64,000 nucleotides of DNA from Phoronis australis (lineage: Eukaryota > Animalia > Phoronida). The position numbers and the translations under genes were made by a program. Location: contig NMRA01000091.1 of the NCBI GenBank assembly GCA_002633005.1, positions 953,820-1,017,819 of the forward strand. Direction: 5' to 3'. This document shows positions 59,801 to 64,000 of this stretch, piece by piece (the first letter of the stretch is position 1; every line of letters starts with the position of its first letter). Below the pieces are notes generated by a model. That model did no database searches. It worked only from the letters and a program-made list of their open reading frames with translations, and was not told the DNA's origin.

Positions 59801-61275
59801 TGTACATCATAGGCATTTTGTTTAATGCAAACGAACGAAAGTTCAGCACTTTATTCACCAAACAGGTTTCAAAGGTTTGCCGTCAAATCGCCCTTAAGGT
59901 TGTCAAAATGTATTTTTGGTCATACATGCATTTTGTGCGGATATGTAACACAATAAATATTGCAGCACTGTTCATTTGGGCAATTGTGACACACAGATCA
60001 AAAAAGTACGGCCCTAAAAGGCACCCATCCCTTGGCGATGGTGAACAATTTGGTTTCCCAGAAGAAAATGGTTGTTTTCACATAATCGAATAATTTTTAA
60101 AGTCAAATGTAGATTGTCAAAGGCATGGCACACTTCACACATTTATCAGGTTGTGTGGACTACAATATTTTTTTCCATATAAATCAAAACGTACATGCAG
60201 CGCTAAAGATCTTTTGGGCTGTGGAACTATTATGATTATTTACATACAAAATGGGTCAACATCCACCTAATGGCTAGACTCTACCCACATTCTGTATGCT
60301 GTGGGCCTCAATGCAATTGATGCGATCTCAAAAAGTGCTTTGTGTTTGCTTAGTAGTTAACCCGTTTCAATGTCAGGCTACGACGTCGACGAAAGACATT
60401 GTCGTGCCAAAGCTGAGAAGGGAGGTTGTTCCCCAAAGTCACAGGATGATAAGACCTGGATGAATGTTCACTGCCGAAAGACGTGTGGACTTTGCAGAAG
60501 TAATGGAGGTTCGTTAATAAAAACATTTGTTTCTACTGTCACCTACCAACCTAAATAATTTCCCACTATCATGGCACAAAGTTTGGCAAACCCGTATACT
60601 TCGAAATTCTTCTATGCATCCCTAAGGCGGTATACTCCACCAAATCGATCTAACTGGGGTTTTGTAGATTATCTGGTTGGTTTGACAACCACTTTACGCT
60701 TAAAAGGTAGACAATTTTTGTTTAGCAGGCGCATTTGGTAGAGTTTGACACCATCTTGCAATTTGAGAGGGGTCCGAGTGTAACAAACTGGACAAGCTTC
60801 GTCAAAACCGTGCCAACGACTAACATATGCTCAACAAATATAATTGTCTGTTTTATTCAAATTTTAAGGCAATGAAATATAATTTTGATGAAATTTCAGT
60901 AGCAGCCTGGTTTGACTGTTTTAAGTTGATGTTAACTATTCATTTGAGAACGTTGGCCCAGGTGGTGAAAAAATACAGTCACAATGGGGCTTCGTTGTCT
61001 GTAAACAGGACGGATTGAATCACGTAGTCTTACATACGATAAGTAGCTGGCTCTTATTTACAATGATCTTCTCACAGTTCCCCAGTATGCCCCAGCCAGA
61101 GCTCCAGTAAAGATCAATACTTCATCACCGGGTACCGATTGCAGCACTGCTACAAATAATCATGTCTCGAAAGGACTAGATCCCGACTCTGAGTGCAAAA
61201 TTTGGGCCGCAGATGGACATTGTTCGACATCTTACGTTAAGGAAGAATGCAAGAAAACCTGTGAATGCTGCAAAT
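14807..61275 (+). CDS. Multi-exon gene (3'-incomplete): secreted astacin-like pseudo-protease with EGF-like domain and >=12 ShKT domains
   Basis: 18 exons with canonical splice sites and matching phases give ~952 codons with no stop once the assembly duplication in exon 10 is removed. The last exon seen ends at a GT donor. Confidence 0.9.
15925..16158 (-). mobile_element. tRNA-derived SINE
   Basis: The minus strand has A-box-like GGGCCTGGTTGA and B-box GGTTCGAGTCCC. Homologous to 34813-35055 and to a partial copy at ~2778-2895. Confidence 0.8.
17183..17312 (+). CDS. Exon 2: end of signal peptide and start of propeptide
   Basis: ttctgcag|GNCVSGLWFEKDPKVMEVIRQEFIYVDKPSLDQVFQEELVSAS|gtaaat, phase 0 to 1. 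Confidence 0.8.
17540..18046. mobile_element. GC-rich MITE-like non-autonomous element
   Basis: Sharp GC island of caccgc/gcggtg sub-repeats bounded by tacc...ggta in an AT-rich intron. Confidence 0.45.
18180..19038. mobile_element. Interspersed repeat with internal tRNA-like segment; second copy at ~41690-42506
   Basis: Long colinear similarity between the two copies. The minus strand has GGTGGTGCAGTGGTAAAGC...GAGTTCGAGTC at ~18319-18376. Confidence 0.75.
19367..19490 (+). CDS. Exon 3: astacin propeptide
   Basis: ttacag|ENSSKQGKSLGNAEKADLVILELDIFATVEQYLRKFIQSIS|gtaagc. ELDI resembles the FEGDI aspartate-switch motif. Phase 1 to 2. Confidence 0.85.
20131..20240 (+). CDS. Exon 4: furin site and start of astacin domain
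   Basis: KSHPFRSIRKKR/TYSYGYGRLLWPNATIPYKIYPMQF|gtaagt. WPxxxIPY is an astacin signature. An alternative in-frame acceptor at 20146 is possible. Confidence 0.9.
22289..22485 (+). CDS. Exon 5: astacin domain
   Basis: NQKELQLLRIAMSQWEHFTCIKF...GGCLSQIGY...VRLHSPGCSN|gtaagt. The WExxTCIxF and GCxSxxG motifs are present. Confidence 0.95.
23885..24121. mobile_element. MITE with CAGTGGC(G/A)GAT termini
   Basis: cagtggcagatctac...gtagatccgcctctg TIRs. Flanks are tcaac/tctac (imperfect 5-bp TSD). Confidence 0.75.
24215..24730 (+). mobile_element. Degenerate LINE (CR1/L2-like) reverse transcriptase 3' fragment
   Basis: KYVGVMIDNNL and LYKSLIVTNLENGDVV*GSC...LQVRFQKLQ remnants. Confidence 0.65.
25508..25702 (+). 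CDS. Exon 6: zinc-binding motif and Met-turn (both variant)
   Basis: tttcag|LPTYLHTLGHIIGLSHEFNSPDRDNYITIN...VEYDFTSLMHFGLK|gtacta, phase 0 to 0. Confidence 0.95.
26759..26923. repeat. 55-bp tandem repeat x3
   Basis: tgtgcaagctgtcttggatttcatgcaaaacttgcactgatatcggttcaca at 26759, 26814 and 26869. Confidence 0.95.
27554..27686 (+). CDS. Exon 7: astacin domain C-terminus
   Basis: cccctag|AFSIDGSQTIFAKDKRNEELISTQAGKEIRFKDIKLVNLMYKCN|gtatgt. AFSxxGxxTI and DIxxxNxxYxC motifs. Confidence 0.93.
28796..28921 (+). CDS. Exon 8: EGF-like domain
   Basis: aatag|AKCTADIRCSDGGFVNKDCKCFCKDGTNSCQEGGLKLPTTGT|gtctgt. Six Cys, typical of the post-astacin EGF-like module. Confidence 0.9.
30721..30836. repeat. 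(TATG)n/(TG)n microsatellite running into a gap
   Basis: Direct reading. Confidence 0.95.
31690..32180. repeat. Dispersed repeat; inverted copy at ~9100-9376
   Basis: cacctgacggcagacggagg, aatttcgatgtaaa and gtaccgtagccta match the reverse complement. Confidence 0.7.
32590..33439 (-). mobile_element. THAP-domain DNA transposon relic (possibly Kolobok-like); related non-coding copy at ~6150-6452
   Basis: ORF 33016-33324 SVPACPNS...ISFSRLPREPKMLRKWLMIVKN...ICG is a decayed THAP domain. The end reads ttaa|GGGAGAATGCCACCC on the minus strand. Confidence 0.6.
33533..35639 (+). mobile_element. Helentron-associated (HINE/DINE-like) element, copy 1
   Basis: 5' ctctgcgcgtg and 3' cacgcgcagag subterminal IRs, (TTCTTA)n tract, internal tandem repeats, 3' hairpin attgtcac..gtgacaat and CTAGTT end. 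Confidence 0.8.
34813..35055 (-). mobile_element. Full-length tRNA-derived SINE with 12-bp TSD
   Basis: TSD tctaaacttcaa at 34801-34812 and 35056-35067. B-box GGTTCAAGTCCC and a (TA)n tail. Confidence 0.9.
35641..36970 (+). mobile_element. Helentron-associated element, copy 2 (head-to-tail with copy 1)
   Basis: Same termini and internal structure. Confidence 0.8.
37907..38038 (+). CDS. Exon 9: ShKT 1
   Basis: GYCENRHGDETCSILAFAWFCDHFPAYMMSECTQACGFCDQKDK|gtaagt, phase 1-1. Confidence 0.9.
38539..38890 (+). CDS. Exon 10: ShKT 2 and 3 (contains an artefactual 87-bp duplication around N38747)
   Basis: VCKNLWNSTECDVYANFGYCRTSKEWMVAHCRQSCGIC...CTNQYKDDAKCYAYALGGECL(G/S)NIKWMYKNCRRACGICQGLPG|gtatga. 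Confidence 0.9.
39740..41640 (+). mobile_element. Degenerate LINE (L1/Tx1-like) ORF2 3' region
   Basis: SWSRRNLKPFGRVTVIKTLTISKLNFL and the zf-RVT-like WFQFKILLRIIATN...CPFC...ETLSHLFW. Confidence 0.85.
40530..41056. mobile_element. Left end of Sola3-like element inserted at TTAA in the LINE
   Basis: Near-identical to 50914-51432. Starts ttaa|GAGTGACTCC and is cut by N41057. Confidence 0.85.
43175..43435 (+). CDS. Exon 11: ShKT 4 and 5
   Basis: LCKNVHSSEDECVQDAHYGLCGSNNRWMVMKCMKACHHFLC...GCDNKYGDQCTAWAQSGQCTVNPFFMFYYCEKACSEYLCS|gtgagt. Confidence 0.92.
43971..45293 (+). mobile_element. Helentron-associated element, copy 3
   Basis: Same termini and hairpin. The 5' end is also duplicated at 43744-43796 by the N join. 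Confidence 0.8.
45294..45760 (+). mobile_element. LINE 3' fragment (zf-RVT-like)
   Basis: LRWFQFRINHRLIGTN...LCSFCEQHEETILHLYWKC...FW. Confidence 0.8.
46741..46881 (+). CDS. Exon 12: ShKT 6
   Basis: ttcttacag|ETAPYDPCVNKLSDKECNEEMVATCGSKISTNAQCYRTCSGCGRDEI|gtacta. Confidence 0.88.
   Translation, partial: KRLHMIHVLINYQTKNVTRKWLQLVEVKFRPMLNVTELAADVVEMK
47198..47344 (+). CDS. Exon 13: ShKT 7
   Basis: tttgtag|ADKTHDDCINLDADDICWDLAVKGRCELSVEAKRRCRRSCTGCGGDQDT|gtaaca. Confidence 0.88.
47711..48210. repeat. 50-bp minisatellite (~10 copies) within GAT/GGT-rich low-complexity DNA
   Basis: Unit gttatgatggtgacactgatatggccatcgtggtgacagcgatggtcctg, period 50. Confidence 0.95.
50914..54400 (-). mobile_element. 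Sola3-like DNA transposon, internally deleted and decayed
   Basis: TTAA flanks (50910-13 and 54401-04) and GAG...CTC termini with imperfect TIRs (TCCATATAA.AACCA, AGTCTATAC). Minus-strand transposase remnants SGNAGCYH (53239-62) and YDLSESQNGKDLCDRKIAP. The superfamily call is from recalled terminus rules. Confidence 0.7.
54465..54945. repeat. ~37-41-bp tandem array plus palindromic end of a repeat element
   Basis: aaagtttcctgcaactttcccgcaaacacttttt units, followed by ttgccgcaagcttgc...gcaagcttgcggcaa. Confidence 0.85.
55475..55631 (+). CDS. Exon 14: ShKT 8
   Basis: GKDCLDTSPACGANHMLGLCGLEPESMKKDCKKTCGFCTPTKYKQALHDANT|gtttgt, phase 1 to 2. The acceptor is weak and could be 55481. Confidence 0.85.
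56494..56630 (+). CDS. Exon 15: ShKT 9
   Basis: gatacag|RFCKDDIDVSLYGERTCQKYFDQGECAKNEWVRNNCKRTCGRCLDI|gtaagt. Phase 2 to 1, complementing exon 14. Confidence 0.9.
56797..58057. repeat. Old intronic tandem duplication (~530-bp unit x2)
   Basis: Colinear blocks gaatgtgaat, tgtccagttat, atctgttaaaaat, aagtgctttc and atcttacca occur in both copies. Confidence 0.75.
57879..58030. mobile_element. MITE with CAGTGGCGGAT termini and 5-bp TSD
   Basis: aaagg|cagtggcggatg...gatccgcccatg|aaagg. Absent from the paralogous site at ~57298. Confidence 0.8.
58345..58527 (+). CDS. Exon 16: linker and variant ShKT 10
   Basis: APPALARSPVMYSAVTCSNVENIHVTNEGDDPHFECRLWASSGHCTGAVAGLCRRTCECEK|gtaagt. Confidence 0.88.
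60377..60508 (+). CDS. Exon 17: ShKT 11
   Basis: The first Cys codon is split T|GC across the intron. CYDVDERHCRAKAEKGGCSPKSQDDKTWMNVHCRKTCGLCRSNG|gttcgt. Confidence 0.9.
61078..61275 (+). CDS. Exon 18: linker and variant ShKT 12
   Basis: VPQYAPARAPVKINTSSPGTDCSTATNNHVSKGLDPDSECKIWAADGHCSTSYVKEECKKTCECCK|gtaaga. Paralogous to exon 16. Confidence 0.9.
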
Positions 61276-63399
61276 GTAAGATATGTTATTGCTTAGTCAT
61301 GTAAACATGATGGCGGAGACTCAATTGGGAAAAAGGTCAGGGCCATCAATTGCGAAATGTCGAAACTACTTCCAGATTCTTCAACTGTCGTTGATTCACG
61401 TCTACTTCATGTATGTGTGTGTGTACATGTATATATTTGTTTACCGCGGTGGACTCATTATAAACTCTACTTAAATACAACACGGTTGTTAACAATAACT
61501 ACATAACGTTTTTGCTTCACTATATTGAAATAGCTGTATGACAACTGATATACATGTACTTTTAGCTGAATGGCGTTTGTTTTCTAACTTCTATATCGAG
61601 TTGTGCACTTTACATTTATGGTCGCTTCTGTCTTTAGATAAAATATTTTCATTTATTAGGGTCTTCTTAAGTTGTAACTGCCCGGGGGATGGTAGAAATT
61701 CAACATTTTAACATAAGAGAGGTATTACTTTGGTGGTCTGTATTTTACATGAAAAAATGATAATTCATTTTTTCTGCTATATGGTTTTGCTTGCCTCAGA
61801 CAAAATGGCCTCAAGCAACTTCAAGGTGGGAAGTAAAATTTTAGAAGACCATGAGATTGTTCAATTTTGTTGATATGCTACCAGGTTGTATATACTTCTA
61901 AACCCAATTTAAACGTTTCTTGAAATGTATTTTCTTGGAAGCCATTGCAATGTTGGAATAAATTGAATTTTTTGCACTTTGGAAAGAATAATTGTCTATT
62001 AACAGAAATATACAAATATTGGATTTCTCGCAAGTATAAATAGTAGTTGACAATGTTTCCAAAATATCTACTAGTTAATATTGAACACCTCTTTTCATAA
62101 ACCTATAAACTTTAAATCGAATTGGGCTGCAATTTAAAATTAATCGTCATTTTCTTGCTATGAATCTCTCAAACAGTAAGTAAACCACTTGTCTTTCAAG
62201 TCAAATTTTCAGCAAATTAACAATTACGAACATTATTCTTACACGTTGATGACAAGTTAGAATAATTCCTCAGATGTTTTGTCTTGTGTTGTGTGGACAC
62301 GATTTCATGAACATTTTAGTCAAAATACGGAGGTCAGGGAAGTTGGTTCCGATTTCAGAAACAACTCTTATGTTTTAAAAGGTCAGACGCTTGTTTTATT
62401 TCATTGAACATGCTCTTCTTTATATCATGTTTAGGCAACATCAAACTGAACGTGGTTTATTCAATGATAAGCAATAAGACTTATCTTTATGGGGTCATAA
62501 TCATGTTAATTTCTAAACATGTAGACCAGGGCGCCAATAGTCATAAGCTTGTAGTTTAAAATGGCCCCATGTTTGTCGAGGTGCTAATTAGTGCCAAATC
62601 ATAATAATCGGACAGCTTCAGGGAAACGCTCTTAAGTGCAAGTGCGTTGGCCACCAGAGGTCACGCTTCCATGCTATCGTGAAAATGCAGGCGGCGACTG
62701 GGGAGGAGGAACGTAAGTAGCGGCCAGGCAAATGGATGGCACCCATTCAGGGTGGCAACTAGTAAATGGAAACGGGGAAGACATGGTTGGAGATTGAAGT
62801 TGGGTGTATAAAAAACCCACGCTACACTCGCATGTAATTGTAGGAAAACGCACTAAAACTCTTTGTCGTTCCAGTTTGCTTTTAGCAATTCTAATCAAAG
62901 CATTCCTGTCGTTTACCTTCAAAAATGTAATTAAATGTTGCCGAAATATTTTGAAAAAGTAAAATATAATGTTTACAATGTAGCCAATTTCTGAAAACAT
63001 AAGCAACGTTACCAGGTCCATGGAACAAAGAACATAAAAACGTTCATCGGAAAATGATACGTGCGACAACCTACCAATTCTTGGATGGTTGAATTGCCAT
63101 ATGTTAACGACATGCTAAGCTACGCAAGCATTTCAAGGCGAAGACAACCTTGTCCATGTCATTTTGAGCTAAAATAGGGTTGCTTGGTTATCCTAGACAT
63201 ATTTTCCACTTAATTACAGCTTTTCGTAATTGTATTAATTACTCGTCCGCTACTCCAGAAGTGACGTTTTAGGAGGCAAGCATTTCGCGCCAATTTCTTT
63301 TCATATAGTCTGACTGTGAGAGCTGCCGAGTCAGTCATTGTTCTACCTCGGTTGTGTTAAGTTCCGTCGTCGTTTGCTTTCATTTACTATTCAGTCAAC

Positions 63400-63850
63400 A
63401 TGTCACACTGTTGATGCGTACCAGGATGTACTATTTATCGGCTCACGCGCGCTTTGGGAGTACCTTTGCATCGCTTTCCGATGGATGACACACTTCGCCG
63501 TACTTGGCTCGTTCGTGTGAAGAACGCAGCGTTACCCGTCCACGCAACGTACAAAACAGTGGAAAATTAACCGTGTGTGTGGCAAGCACTTTCTGCCGTC
63601 CGATTACGAAAGGGATTTGTACGCTGTACTGATGAAGGTCCCTGCGAAACAACGTCTGAAGAAGGATGCCATTCCGTCTGTGTTGATTCCCGGCAGTGCC
63701 CCGTCGCCACCCCCAAAAAGTGCGTTTTTGAAGCGAGAAGCCTCGCGAGCTGTGGCCAGTACAGTGACTGGAGCCAGTGGAGGCACTCCATCTACTGTCA
63801 CCCGTGCCTCCGAACGTACCCCCAGAGCGTGCAATTCCTGGAACCAGTAG
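63400..63850 (+). pseudogene. THAP-domain ORF relic (transposon) in intron 18
   Basis: MSHC*CVPGC...LHRFPMDDTLRRTWLVRVKN.../RVCGKHFLPSDYER...LKKDAIPSV, with an in-frame stop and a frameshift. Similar to the THAP relic at 33016-33324. Confidence 0.8.
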
Positions 63851-64000
63851 TGATTCGCCCTGTTCTGTTTTCTCCAGCCCAGAGCCTCTAGGCAGCCCTG
63901 CAGCGATGTTGAATAGTGGGAGTGATTACAGGCTCAGTTCGACACCCACTGAAGAGGACAGTTCGTCGTCCAGTGAACAGATCGGTGAGCCAAACTTTGA

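Noticed and set aside
37907-61275. Polyprotein cleaved into free ShK peptides by prohormone convertases
   Set aside because: Inter-domain linkers lack KR/RR dibasic sites. Basic pairs fall inside the domains.
14807-61275. Whole gene as a pseudogene
   Set aside because: No stops or frameshifts in 18 exons apart from the N-join artefact. All splice sites are canonical and the cysteines are intact.

Overview
This is repeat-rich animal (invertebrate, probably lophotrochozoan) genomic DNA from a draft assembly of a heterozygous genome. It is not prokaryotic. The main content is a + strand spliced gene that the ORF track only fragments. I reconstructed 18 coding exons (14807-61275, ~950 codons, all GT-AG, phases mutually consistent), and the gene continues past the window end. 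It encodes a signal peptide, an astacin propeptide, an RKKR furin site, an astacin (M12A) domain, an EGF-like domain and at least 12 tandem ShKT domains. The astacin zinc motif reads HTLGHIIGLSHE (catalytic Glu replaced by Thr) and the Met-turn reads SLMHF (Tyr replaced by Phe), so this looks like an intact secreted pseudo-protease carrying a long array of ShK-toxin-like domains. The terminal ShKT exon of a separate upstream gene lies at 12260-12405. Introns and intergenic DNA hold Helentron/DINE-like elements, tRNA-derived SINEs, a Sola3-like transposon, THAP-domain transposon relics, LINE fragments, MITEs and minisatellites. Several single-N joins duplicate allelic sequence, and two of them expose presence/absence transposon polymorphisms. 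All exon calls are manual readings with no transcript evidence.
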